This document shows, one piece after another, positions 29,750 through 44,900 of a stretch of 64,000 nt of DNA. Origin of the DNA: Eledone cirrhosa (taxonomy: Eukaryota). Each line of letters starts with the position of its first letter. Within the stretch, counting starts at the first letter, position 1. The DNA lies in the NCBI GenBank assembly GCA_964016885.1, contig OZ024754.1:19344001-19408000 (forward strand), given 5' to 3'. Under the pieces are notes generated by a model, which saw only the letters and a list, made by a program, of their open reading frames with translations, was not told the DNA's origin and searched no databases. The position numbers and the translations under genes are program-made.

Positions 29750-32700
29750 TAAAATGACTCTTCCATGATATAGTTACTTTAGTTTCAACACAATCTCAGA
29801 TCAAGTCACTTGCCAGACATTTACAACTGTGGCTAAACTGACTCTTCCATGATATAGTTACTTTAGTTTAAACACAGTCTCAGATCAAGTTACTTGCCAG
29901 ACATGTACAACTGTGGCTAAAATGAATCTTCCATGATATAGTTACTTTAGTTTCAATACAGTCTCGAATCAAGTCACTTGCCAGACTGTACAACTGTGGC
30001 TAAATTGACTCTTCCATGATATAGTTACTTTAGTTTCAACACGATCTCAGATCAAGTCACTTGCCAGACATGTGCAACTGTGGCTAAAATGACTCTTCCA
30101 TGATATAGTTACTTTAGTTTCAACACAATCTCAGATCATGTCACTTGCCAGACATGTACAACTGTGGCTAAAATGAGTCTACCATGATATAGTTACTTTA
30201 GTTTAAACACAGTCACAGATCAAGTCACTTGCCAGACATGTACAACTGTGGCTAAAATAACTCTTCCATGATATATTTACTTTAGTTTCGACACAGTCAG
30301 AGATAAAGTCACTTGCCAGACATGTACAACTGTGGCTAAAATGACTCTTCCATGATATAGTTACTTTAGTTTCAACACAGTCTTAGATCAAGTCACTTAC
30401 CAGACATGTACAACTGTGGCTAAAATGACTCTTCCATGATATATTTACTTTAGTTTCAACACAATCTTAGATCAAGTCACTTACCAGACATGTACAACTG
30501 TGGCTAAAATGACTTTTCCATGATATAGTTACTTTAGTTTCAACACAATCCTAGATCATGTCACTTGCCAGACATGTACAACTGTGGCTAAAATGACTCT
30601 TCCATGATATAGCTACTTTAGTTTCAACACAGTCTCAGATCAAGTCACTTGCCAGACATGTACAACTGTGGCTAAAATGACTCTTTCATGATATAGTCAC
30701 TTTAGTTTCAACACAGTCTTAAATCAGGTCACTTGACAGACATGTACAACTGTGGCTAAAATAACTCTTCCATGATATAGTTACTTTAGTTTCAACACAG
30801 CCTCAGATAAAGTCACTTGCCAGACATGTACAACTGTGGCTAAAATGACTCTTCCATGATATAGTTACTTTAGTTTCAACACAGTCACAGATCAAGTCAC
30901 TTGCCAGGCATGTACAACTGTGGCTAAAATGACTCTTCCATGATATAGTTACTTTAGTTTCAACACAGTCACAGATAAAGTCACTTGCCAGACATGTACA
31001 ACTGTGGCTAAAATGAATCTTCCATGATATAGTACTTTAGTTTCAACACGGCCTCAGATCAAGTCACTTGCCAGACATGTACAACTGTGGCTAAAATGAC
31101 TCTTCTATGATATAGTTACTTTAGTTTCAACACAGTCTTAGATCAAGTCACTTACCAGACATGTACAACTGTGGCTAAAATGACTCTTCCATGATATAGT
31201 TACTTTAGTTTCAACACAATCTTAGATCAAGTCACTTGCCAGACATGTACAACTGTGGCTAAAATGACTCTTCCATGATATAGTTACTTTAGTTTCAACA
31301 CAGTCTCAGATCAAGTCACTTGCCAGACATGTACAACTGTGGCTAAAATGACTCTTTCATGATATAGTCACTTTAGTTTCAACACAGTCTTAGATCAGGT
31401 CACTTGACAGACATGTACAACTGTGGCTAAAATAACTCTTCCATGATATAGTTACTTTAGTTTCAACACAGCCTCAGATAAAGTCACTTGCCAGACATGT
31501 ACAACTGTGGCTAAAATGACTCTTCCATGATATAGTTACTTTAGTTTCAACACAGTCTCAGATCAAGTCACTTGCTAGACATGTGCAACTGTGGCTAAAA
31601 TGAATCTTCCATGATATAGTTACTTTAGTTTCAATACAGTCTCGAATCAAGTCACTTGCCAGACATGTACAACTGTGGCTAAATTGACTCTTCCATGATA
31701 TAGTTACTTTAGTTTCAACACAATCTTAGATCAAGTCATTTACCAGACATGTACAACTGTGGCTAAAATGACTCTTTCATGATATAGTTACTTTAGTTTC
31801 AACACATTCACAGATCAAGTCACTTGCCAGACATGTACAACTGTAGCTAAAATGAATCTTCCATGATATAGTACTTTAGTTTCAACACAGTTTCAGATCA
31901 AGTCACTTGCCAGACATGTATAACTGTGGCTAAAATGAATCTTCCATGATATAGTTACTTTAGTTTCAACACAATCTCAGATCAAGTCACTTGCCAGACA
32001 TGTACAACTGTGTCTAAAATGATTCTTCCATGATATAGTTACTTTAGTTTCAACACAGTCTCAGATCAATTCACTTACCAGACATGTACAACTGTAGCTA
32101 AAATGAATCTTCCATGATATAGTACTTTAGTTTCAACACAGTCTCAGATCAAGTCACTTGCCAGACATGTACAACTGTGGCTAAAATGACTCTTCCATGA
32201 TATAGTTACTTTAGTTTCAACACAGTCTTAGATCACGTCACTTGCCAGACATGTAGAACTGTGACTAAAATGACTCTTCCATGATATAGTTACTTTAGTT
32301 TAAACACAGTCTCAGATCAAGTCACTTGCCAGACATGTATAACTGTGGCTAAAATGAATCTTCCATGATATAGTTACTTTAGTTTCAACACAGTCTTAGA
32401 TCACGTCACTTGCCAGACATGTACAACTGTGGCTAAAATGACTGTTCCATTATATAGTTACTTTAGTTTCAACACAATCTCAGATCAAGTCACTTTCAAG
32501 GCATGTACAACTGTGGCTGAAATGACTCTTCCATTATATAGTTACATTACTTTCAACACAGTCTCAGATCAAGTCACTTGCCAGACATGTACAACTGTGG
32601 CTAAAATGACTCTTTCATGATATAGTCACTTTAGTTTCAACACAGTCTTAAATCAGGTCACTTGACAGACATGTACAACTGTGGCTAAAATAACTCTTCC

Positions 32701-35700
32701 ATGATATAGTTACTTTAGTTTCAACACAGCCTCAGATAAAGTCACTTGCCAGACATGTACAACTGTGGCTAAAATGACTCTTCCATGATATAGTTACTTT
32801 AGTTTCAACACAGTCTCAGATCAAGTCACTTGCTAGACATGTGCAACTGTGGCTAAAATGACTCTTCCATGATATAGTTACTTTAGTTTCAACACAGTCA
32901 CAGATAAAGTCACTTGCCAGACATGTACAACTGTGGCTAAAATGAATCTTCCATGATATATTACTTTAGTTTCAACACGGTCTCAGATCAAGTCACTTGC
33001 CAGACATGTACAACTGTGGCTAAAATGACTCTTCCATGATATAGTTACTTTAGTTTCAACACAATCTCAGATCAAGTCACTTGCCAGACATTTACAACTG
33101 TGGCCAAAATGACTCTTCCATGATATAGTTACTTTAGTTTCAACACAGTCTCAGATCAAGTTACTTGCCAGACATGTACAACTGTGGCTAAAATGAATCT
33201 TCCATGATATAGTTACTTTAGTTTCAATACAGTCTCGAATCAAGTCACTTGCCAGACATGTACAACTGTGGCTAAAATGACTCTTCCATGATATAGTTAC
33301 TTTAGTTTCAACACAATCTCAGATCATGTCACTTGCCAGACATGTACAACTCTGGCTAAAATAACTCTTCCATGATATAGTTACTTAAGTTTCAACACAG
33401 TCCCAGATCAAGTCACTTTCCAGTCATGTACAACTGTGGCTGAAATGACTCTTCCATGATATAGTTACTTTAGTTTCAACACAGTCACAGATCAAGTCAC
33501 TTGCCAGACATGTACAAGTTTAGCTAAAATGAATCTTCAATGATATAGTTACTTTAGTTTCAACACAACCTCAGATCATGTCACTTGCCAGACATGTACA
33601 ACTGTGGCTAAAATGAGACTACCATGATATAGTTACTTTAGTTTCAACACAGTCACAGATCAAGTCACTTGCCAGACATGTACAACTGTGGCTAAAATGA
33701 CTCTTCCATGATATAGTTACTTTAGTTTCAACACAGTCACAGATAAAGTCACTTGCCAGACATGTACAACTGTGGCTAAAATGAATCTTCCATGATATAG
33801 TACTTTAGTTTCAACACGGTCTCAGATCAAGTCACTTGCCAGACATGTACAACTGTGGCTAAAATGACTCTTCTATGATATAGTTACTTTAGTTTCAACA
33901 CAGTCTTAGATCAAGTCACTTACCAGACATGTACAACTGTGGCTAAAATGACTCTTCCATGATATAGTTACTTTAGTTTCAACACAATCTTAGATCAAGT
34001 CACTTGCCAGACATGTACAACTGTGGCTAAAATGACTCTTCCATGATATAGTTACTTTAGTTTCAACACAATCTTAGATCAAGTCACTTGCCAGACATGT
34101 ACAACTGTGGCTAAAATGACTCTTCCATGATATAGTTACTTTAGTTTCAACACAGTCTCAGATCAAGTCACTTGCCAGACATGTACAACTGTGGCTAAAA
34201 TGACTCTTTCATGATATAGTCACTTTAGTTTCAACACAGTCTTAAATCTGGTCACTTGACAGACATGTACAACTGTGGCTAAAATAACTCTTCCATGATA
34301 TAGTTACTTTAGTTTCAACACAGCCTCAGATAAAGTCACTTGCCAGACATGTACAACTGTGGCTAAAATGACTCTTCCATGATATAGTTACTTTAGTTTC
34401 AACACAGTCTCAGATCAAGTCACTTGCTAGACATGTGCAACTGTGGCTAAAATGACTCTTCCATGATATAGTTACTTTAGTTTCAACACAATCTCAGATC
34501 AAGTCACTTGCCAGACATTTACAACTGTGGCCAAAATGACTCTTCCATGATATAGTTACTTTATTTTCAACACAGTCTCAGATCAAGTTACTTGCCAGAC
34601 ATGTACAACTGTGGCTAAAATGAATCTTCCATGATATAGTTACTTTAGTGTCAATACAGTCTTAGATCAAGTCACTTGCCAGACATGTACAACTGTGGCT
34701 AAAATAACTCTTCCATGATATAGTTACTTTAGTTTCAACACAGCCTCAGATAAAGTAACTTGCCAGACATGTACAACTGTGGCTAAAATGACTCTTCCAT
34801 GATATAGTTACTTTAGTTTCAACACAATCTCAGATCAAGTCACTTGCCAGACATTTACAACTGTGGCTAAACTGACTCTTCCATGATATAGTTACTTTAG
34901 TTTAAACACAGTCTCAGATCAAGTTACTTGCCAGACATGTACAACTGTGGCTAAAATGAATCTTCCATGATATAGTTACTTTAGTTTCAATACAGTCTCG
35001 AATCAAGTCACTTGCCAGACTGTACAACTGTGGCTAAATTGACTCTTCCATGATATAGTTACTTTAGTCTCAACACGATCTCAGATCAAGTCACTTGCCA
35101 GACATGTGCAACTGTGGCTAAAATGACTCTTCCATGATATAGTTACTTTAGTTTCAACACAATCTCAGATCATGTCACTTGCCAGACATGTACAACTGTG
35201 GCTAAATTGAGTCTACCATGATATAGTTACTTTAGTTTAAACACAGTCACAGATCAAGTCACTTGCCAGACATGTACAACTGTGGCTAAAATAACTCTTC
35301 CATGATATATTTACTTTAGTTTCGACACAGTCAGAGATAAAGTCACTTGCCAGACATGTACAACTGTGGCTAAAATGACTCTTCCATGATATAGTTACTT
35401 TAGTTTCAACACAGTCTTAGATCAAGTCACTTACCAGACATGTACAACTGTGGCTAAAATGACTCTTCCATGATATATTTACTTTAGTTTCAACACAATC
35501 TTAGATCAAGTCACTTACCAGACATGTACAACTGTGGCTAAAATGACTTTTCCATGATATAGTTACTTTTGTTTCAACACAATCTTAGATCATGTCACTT
35601 GCCAGACATGTACAACTGTGGCTAAAATGACTCTTCTATGATATAGCTACTTTAGTTTCAACACAGTCTCAGATCAAGTCACTTGCCAGACATGTACAAC

Positions 35701-38700
35701 TGTTGCTAAAATGACTCTTTCATGATATAGTCACTTTAGTTTCAACACAGTCTTAAATCAGGTCACTTGACAGACATGTACAACTGTGGCTAAAATAACT
35801 CTTCCATGATATAGTTACTTTAGTTTCAACACAGCCTCAGATAAAGTCACTTGCCAGACATGTACAACTGTGGCTAAAATGACTCTTCCATGATATAGTT
35901 ACTTTAGTTTCAACACAGTCACAGATCAAGTCACTTGCCAGACATGTACAACTGTGGCTAAAATGACTCTTCCATGATATATTTACTTTAGTTTCAACAC
36001 AGTCACAGATAAAGTCACTTGCCAGACATGTACAACTGTGGCTAAAATGAATCTTCCATGATATAGTACTTTAGTTTCAACACGGCCTCAGATCAAGACA
36101 CTTGCCAGACATGTACAACTGTGGCTAAAATGACTCTTCTATGATATAGTTACTTTAGTTTCAACACAGTCTTAGATCAAGTCACTTACCAGACATGTAC
36201 AACTGTGGCTAAAATGACTCTTCCATGATATAGTTACTTTAGTTTCAACACAATCTTAGATCAAGTCACTTGCCAGACATGTACAACTGTGGCTAAAATG
36301 ACTCTTCCATGATATAGTTACTTTAGTTTCAACACAATCTCAGATCAAGTCACTTGCCAGACATGTACAACTGTGGCTAAAATGACTCTTTCATGATATA
36401 GTCACTTTAGTTTCAACACAGTCTTAGATCAGGTCACTTGACAGACATGTACAACTGTGGCTAAAATAACTCTTCCATGATATAGTTACTTTAGTTTCAA
36501 CACAGCCTCAGATAAAGTCACTTGCCAGACATGTACAACTGTGGCTAAAATGACTCTTCCATGATATAGTTACTTTAGTTTCAACACAGTCTCAGATCAA
36601 GTCACTTGCTAGACATGTGCAACTGTGGCTAAAATGAATCTTCCATGATATAGTTACTTTAGTTTCAATACAGTCTCGAATCAAGTCACTTGCCAGACAT
36701 GTACAACTGTGGCTAAATTGACTCTTCCATGATATAGTTACTTTAGTTTCAACACAATCTTAGATCAAGTCACTTACCAGACATATACAACTGTGGCTAA
36801 AATGACTCTTCCATGATATAGTTACTTTAGTTTCAACACAATCTTAGATCAAGTCATTTACCAGACATGTACAACTGTGGCTAAAATGACTCTTTCATGA
36901 TATAGTTACTTTAGTTTCAACACATTCACAGATCAAGTCACTTGCCAGACATGTACAACTGTAGCTAAAATGAATCTTCCATGATATAGTACTTTAGTTT
37001 CAACACAGTTTCAGATCAAGTCACTTGCCAGACATGTATAACTGTGGCTAAAATGAATCTTCCATGATATAGTTACTTTAGTTTCAACACAATCTCAGAT
37101 CAAGTCACTTGCCAGACATGTACAACTGTGGCTAAAATGACTCTTCCATGATATAGTTACTTTAGTTTCAACACAGTCTTAGATCACGTCACTTGCCAGA
37201 CATGTAGAACTGTGACTAAAATGACTCTTCCATGATATAGTTACTTTAGTTTAAACACAGTCTCAGATCAAGTCACTTGCCAGACATGTACAACTGTGGC
37301 TAAAATGACTGTTCCATTATATAGTTACTTTAGTTTCAACACAATCTCAGATCAAGTCACTTTCAAGGCATGTACAACTGTGGCTGAAATGACTCTTCCA
37401 TTATATAGTTACATTATTTCAACACAGTCTCAGATCAAGTCACTTGCCAGACATGTACAATTGTGGCTAAAATGACTCTTTCATGATATAGTCACTTTAG
37501 TTTCAACACAGTCTTAAATCAGGTCACTTGACAGACATGTACAACTGTGGCTAAAATAACTCTTCCATGATATAGTTACTTTAGTTTCAACACAGCCTCA
37601 GATAAAGTCACTTGCCAGACATGTACAACTGTGGCTAAAATGACTCTTCCATGATATAGTTACTTTAGTTTCAACACAGTCTCAGATCAAGTCACTTGCT
37701 AGACATGTGCAACTGTGGCTAAAATGACTCTTCCATGATATAGTTACTTTAGTTTCAACACAGTCACAGATAAAGTCACTTGCCAGACATGTACAACTGT
37801 GGCTAAAATGAATCTTCCATGATATATTACTTTAGTTTCAACACGGTCTCAGATCAAGTCACTTGCCAGACATGTACAACTGTGGCTAAAATGACTCTTC
37901 CATGATATAGTTACTTTAGTTTCAACACAATCTCAGATCAAGTCACTTGCCAGACATTTACAACTGTGGCCAAAATGACTCTTCCATGATATAGTTACTT
38001 TAGTTTCAACACAGTCTCAGATCAAGTTACTTGCCAGACATGTACAACTGTGGCTAAAATGAATCTTCCATGATATAGTTACTTTAGTTTCAATACAGTC
38101 TCGAATCAAGTCACTTGCCAGACATGTACAACTGTGGCTAAAATGACTCTTCGATGATATAGTTACTTTAGTTTCAACACAATCTCAGATCATGTCACTT
38201 GCCAGACATGTACAACTCTGGCTAAAATAACTCTTCCATGATATAGTTACTTAAGTTTCAACACAGTCCCAGATTAAGTCACTTTCCAGTCATGTACAAC
38301 TGTGGCTGAAATGACTCTTCCATGATATAGTTACTTTAGTTTCAACACAGTCACAGATCAAGTCACTTGCCAGACATGTACAAGTTTAGCTAAAATGAAT
38401 CTTCAATGTTATAGTTACTTTAGTTTCAACACAACCTCAGATCATGTCACTTGCCAGACATCTACAACTGTGGCTAAAATGAGACTACCATGATATAGTT
38501 ACTTTAGTTTCAACACAGTCACAGATCAAGTCACTTGCCAGACATGTACAACTGTGGCTAAAATGACTCTTCCATGATATAGTTACTTTAGTTTCAACAC
38601 AGTCACAGATAAAGTCACTTGCCAGACATGTACAACTGTGGCTAAAATAAATCTTCCATGATATAGTACTTTAGTTTCAACACGGTCTCAGATCAAGTCA

Positions 38701-38900
38701 CTTGCCAGACATGTAAAACTGTGGCTAAAATGACTCTTCTATGATATAGTTACTTTAGTTTCAACACAGTCTTAGATCAAGTCACTTACCAGATATGTAC
38801 AACTGTGGCTAAAATGACTCTTCCATGATATAGTTACTTTAGTTTCAACACAATCTTAGATCAAGTCACTTGCCAGACATGTACAACTGTGGCTAAAATG
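29750..38900. repeat. Imperfect ~5-kb tandem duplication (offset 5034 bp = 60 monomers, shifting to 4866 bp = 58 monomers)
   Basis: ttcgacacagtcagagataa occurs at 30287/35321 (offset 5034) and gatatattac at 32955/37821 (offset 4866). The gactgta deletion, agctactt, cggcctc, acttaagt and cagtcatg are also shared. Confidence 0.8.
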
Positions 38901-41900
38901 ACTCTTCCATGATATAGTTACTTTAGTTTCAACACAGCCTCAGATAAAGTCACTTGCCAGACATGTGCAACTGTGGCTAAAATGAATCTTCCATGATATA
39001 GTTACTTTAGTTTCAATACAGTCTCGAATCAAGTCACTTGCCAGACATGTACAACTGTGGCTAAAATGACTCTTCCATGATATAGTTACTTTAGTTTCAA
39101 CACAGTCTCAGATCAAGTCACTTGCTAGACATGTGCAACTGTGGCTAAAATGAATCTTCCATGATATAGTTACTTTAGTTTCAATACAGTCTCGAATCAA
39201 GTCACTTGCCAGACATGTACAACTGTGGCTAAATTGACTCTTCCATGATATAGTTACTTTAGTTTCAACACAATCTTAGATCAAGTCACTTACCAGACAT
39301 ATACAACTGTGGCTAAAATGACTCTTCCATGATATAGTTACTTTAGTTTCAACACAATCTTAGATCAAGTCATTTACCAGACATGTACAACTGTGGCTAA
39401 AATGACTCTTTCATGATATAGTTACTTTAGTTTCAACACATTCACAGATCAAGTCACTTGCCAGACATGTACAACTGTAGCTAAAATGAATCTTCCATGA
39501 TATAGTACTTTAGTTTCAACACAGTTTCAGATCAAGTCACTTGCCAGACATGTATAACTGTGGCTAAAATGAATCTTCCATGATATAGTTACTTTAGTTT
39601 CAACACAGTCTCAGATCAATTCACTTACCAGACATGTACAACTGTAGCTAAATTGAATCTTCCATGATATAGTACTTTAGTTTCAACACAGTCTCAGATC
39701 AAGTCACTTGCCAGACATGTACAACTGTGGCTAAAATGACTCTTCCATGATATAGTTACTTTAGTTTCATTACAGTCTTAGATCACGTCACTTGCCAGAC
39801 ATGTAGAACTGTGAGTAAAATGACTCTTCCATGATATAGTTACTTTAGTTTAAACACAGTCTCAGATCAAGTCACTTGCCAGACATGTACAACTGTGGCT
39901 AAAATGACTGTTCCATTATATAGTTACTTTAGTTTCAACACAATCTCAGATCAAGTCACTTTCAAGGCATGTACAACTGTGGCTGAAATGACTCTTCCAT
40001 TATATAGTTACATTACTTTCAACACAGTGACAGATCAAGTCACTTTCCAGGCATGTACAACTGTGGCTGAAATGACTCTTCCATTATATAGTTACTTTAG
40101 TTTCAACACAATCCCAGATCAAGTCACTTGCCACACATATACAACTGTGGCTAAAATGACTCTTCCATGATATAGTTACTTTACTTTCAACACAATCTTA
40201 GATCAAGTCACTTACCAGACATGTACAACTGTGGCTAAAATGACTCTTTCATGATATAGTTACTTTAGTTTCAACACATTCACAGATCAAGTCACTTGCC
40301 AGACATGTACAACTGTATCTAAAATAACTCTTCCATGATATAGTTACTTTAGTTTCAACACAGTCACAGATCAAGACACTTACCAGACATGTACAACTGT
40401 AGCTAAAATGACTCTTCCATGATATAGTTACTTTAGTTTCAACACAGTCTCAGATCAAGTGACTTGCCAGACATGTACAACTGTGGCTAAAATGACACTA
40501 CCATGATATAGTTACTTTAGTTTCAACACAATCTCAGATCAAGTCACTTGCCAGACATGTACAACTGTAGCTAAAATGAATCTTCCATGATATAGTACTT
40601 TAGTTTCAACACAGTCTCAGATCAAGTCACTTGCCAGACATGTATAACTGTGGCTAAAATGAATCTTCCATGATATAGTTACTTTAGTTTCAACACAATC
40701 TCAAATCAAGTCACTTGCCAGACATGTACAACTGTGTCTAAAATGATTCTTCCATGATATAGTTACTTTAGTTTCAACACAGTCTCAGATCAATTCACTT
40801 ACCAGACATGTACAACTGTAGCTAAAATGAATCTTCCATGATATAGTTACTTTAGTTTCAACACAGTCTCAGATCAAGTGACTTGCCAGACATGTACAAC
40901 TGTGACTAAAATGACACTACCATGATATAGTTACTTTAGTTTCAACACAATCTCAGATCAAGTCACTTGCCAGACATGTACAAATGTAGCTAAAATGAAT
41001 CTTCCATGATACAGTACTTTAGTTTCAACACAGTCTCAGATCAAGTCACTTGCCAGACATGTATAACTGTGGCTGAAATGACTCTTCCATTATATAGTTA
41101 CTTTAGTTTCAACACAATCCCAGATCAAGTCACTTGCCAGACATATGCAACTGTGGCTAAAAAGACTCTTCCATGATATAGTTACTTTAGTTTCAACACA
41201 GTCACAGATAAAGACACTTACCAGACATGTACAACTGTAGCTAAAATGACTCTTCCATGATATAGTTACTTTAGTTTCAACACAGTCTCAGATCAAGTGA
41301 CTTGCCAGACATGTACAACTGTGGCTAAAATGACACTACCATGATATAGTTACTTTAGTTTCAACACAATCTCAGATCAAGTCACTTGCCAGACATGTAC
41401 AACTGTAGCTAAAATGAATCTTCCATGATATAGTACTTTAGTTTCAACACAGTCTCAGATCAAGTCACTTGCCAGACATGTATAACTGTGGCTAAAATGA
41501 ATCTTCCATGATATAGTTACTTTAGTTTCAACACAATCTCAGATCAAGTCACTTGCCAGACATGTACAACTGTGTCTAAAATGATTCTTCCATGATATAG
41601 TTACTTTAGTTTCAACACAGTCTCAGATCAATTCACTTACCAGACATGTACAACTGTAGCTAAAATGAATGTTCCATGATATAGTACTTTAGTTTCAACA
41701 CAGTCTCAGATCAAGTCACTTGCCAGACATGTACAACTGTGGCTAAAATGACTCTTCCATGATATAGTTACTTTAGTTTCAACACAGTTTTAGATCACGT
41801 CATTTGCTAGACATGTAGAACTGTGACTAAAATGACTCTTCCATGATATAGTTACTTTAGTTTAAACACAGTCTCAGATCAAGTCACTTGCCAGACATGT

Positions 41901-44900
41901 ACAACTGTGGCTAAAATGACTCTTCCATTATATAGTTACTTTAGTTTCAACACAATCTCAGATCAAGTCACTTTCAAGGCATGTACAACTGTGGCTGAAA
42001 TGACTCTTCCATTATATAGTTACATTACTTTCAACACAGTCACAGATCAAGTCACTTTCCAGGCATGTACAACTGTGGCTGAAATGACTCTTCCATTATA
42101 TAGTTACTTTAGTTTCAACACGGTCTCAGATCAAGTCACTTGCCAGACATGTACAACTGTGGCTAAAATGACTCTTCCATGATATAGTTACTTTAGTTTC
42201 AACACAATCTCAGATCAAGTCACTTGCCAGACATTTACAACTGTGGCCAAAATGACTCTTCCATGATATAGTTACTTTAGTTTCAACACAGTCTCAGATC
42301 AAGTTACTTGCCAGACATATACAACTGTGGCTAAAATGAATCTTCCATGATATAGTTACTTTAGTTTCAATACAGTCTCGAATCAAGTCACTTGCCAGAC
42401 ATGTACAACTGTGGCTAAAATGACTCTTCCATGATATAGTTACTTTAGTTTCAACACAATCTCAGATCATGTCACTTGCCAGACACGTACAACTCTGGCT
42501 AAAATAACTCTTCCATGATATAGTTACTTTAGTTTCAACACAATCTTAGATCAAGTCACTTACCAGACATATACAACTGTGGCTAAAATGACTCTTCCAT
42601 GATATAGTTACTTTAGTTTCAACACAGCCTCAGATAAAGTCACTTGCCAGACATGTGCAACTGTGGCTAAAATGAATCTTCCATGATATAGTTACTTTAG
42701 TTTCAATACAGTCTCGAATCAAGTCACTTGCCAGACATGTACAACTGTGGCTAAAATGACTCTTCCATGATATAGTTACTTTAGTTTCAACACAGTCTCA
42801 GATCAAGTCACTTGCTAGACATGTGCAACTGTGGCTAAAATGAATCTTCCATGATATAGTTACTTTAGTTTCAATACAGTCTCGAATCAAGTCACTTGCC
42901 AGACATGTACAACTGTGGCTAAATTGACTCTTCCATGATATAGTTACTTTAGTTTCAACACAATCTTAGATCAAGTCACTTACCAGACATATACAACTGT
43001 GGCTAAAATGACTCTTCCATGATATAGTTACTTTAGTTTCAACACAATCTTAGATCAAGTCATTTACCAGACATGTACAACTGTGGCTAAAATGACTCTT
43101 TCATGATATAGTTACTTTAGTTTCAACACATTCACAGATCAAGTCACTTGCCAGACATGTACAACTGTAGCTAAAATGAATCTTCCATGATATAGTACTT
43201 TAGTTTCAACACAGTTTCAGATCAAGTCACTTGCCAGACATGTATAACTGTGGCTAAAATGAATCTTCCATGATATAGTTACTTTAGTTTCAACACAGTC
43301 TCAGATCAATTCACTTACCAGACATGTACAACTGTAGCTAAATTGAATCTTCCATGATATAGTACTTTAGTTTCAACACAGTCTCAGATCAAGTCACTTG
43401 CCAGACATGTACAATTGTGGCTAAAATGACTCTTTCATGATATAGTCACTTTAGTTTCAACACAGTCTTAAATCAGGTCACTTGACAGACATGTACAACT
43501 GTGGCTAAAATAACTCTTCCATGATATAGTTACTTTAGTTTCAACACAGCCTCAGATAAAGTCACTTGCCAGACATGTACAACTGTGGCTAAAATGACTC
43601 TTCCATGATATAGTTACTTTAGTTTCAACACAGTCTCAGATCAAGTCACTTGCTAGACATGTGCAACTGTGGCTAAAATGACTCTTCCATGATATAGTTA
43701 CTTTAGTTTCAACACAGTCACAGATAAAGTCACTTGCCAGACATGTACAACTGTGGCTAAAATGAATCTTCCATGATATATTACTTTAGTTTCAACACGG
43801 TCTCAGATCAAGTCACTTGCCAGACATGTACAACTGTGGCTAAAATGACTCTTCCATGATATAGTTACTTTAGTTTCAACACAATCTCAGATCAAGTCAC
43901 TTGCCAGACATTTACAACTGTGGCCAAAATGACTCTTCCATGATATAGTTACTTTAGTTTCAACACAGTCTCAGATCAAGTTACTTGCCAGACATGTACA
44001 ACTGTGGCTAAAATGAATCTTCCATGATATAGTTACTTTAGTTTCAATACAGTCTCGAATCAAGTCACTTGCCAGACATGTACAACTGTGGCTAAAATGA
44101 CTCTTCGATGATATAGTTACTTTAGTTTCAACACAATCTCAGATCATGTCACTTGCCAGACATGTACAACTCTGGCTAAAATAACTCTTCCATGATATAG
44201 TTACTTAAGTTTCAACACAGTCCCAGATTAAGTCACTTTCCAGTCATGTACAACTGTGGCTGAAATGACTCTTCCATGATATAGTTACTTTAGTTTCAAC
44301 ACAGTCACAGATCAAGTCACTTGCCAGACATGTACAAGTTTAGCTAAAATGAATCTTCAATGTTATAGTTACTTTAGTTTCAACACAACCTCAGATCATG
44401 TCACTTGCCAGACATCTACAACTGTGGCTAAAATGAGACTACCATGATATAGTTACTTTAGTTTCAACACAGTCACAGATCAAGTCACTTGCCAGACATG
44501 TACAACTGTGGCTAAAATGACTCTTCCATGATATAGTTACTTTAGTTTCAACACAGTCACAGATAAAGTCACTTGCCAGACATGTACAACTGTGGCTAAA
44601 ATAAATCTTCCATGATATAGTACTTTAGTTTCAACACGGTCTCAGATCAAGTCACTTGCCAGACATGTAAAACTGTGGCTAAAATGACTCTTCTATGATA
44701 TAGTTACTTTAGTTTCAACACAGTCTTAGATCAAGTCACTTACCAGATATGTACAACTGTGGCTAAAATGACTCTTCCATGATATAGTTACTTTAGTTTC
44801 AACACAATCTTAGATCAAGTCACTTGCCAGACATGTACAACTGTGGCTAAAATGACTCTTCCATGATATAGTTACTTTAGTTTCAACACAGCCTCAGATA

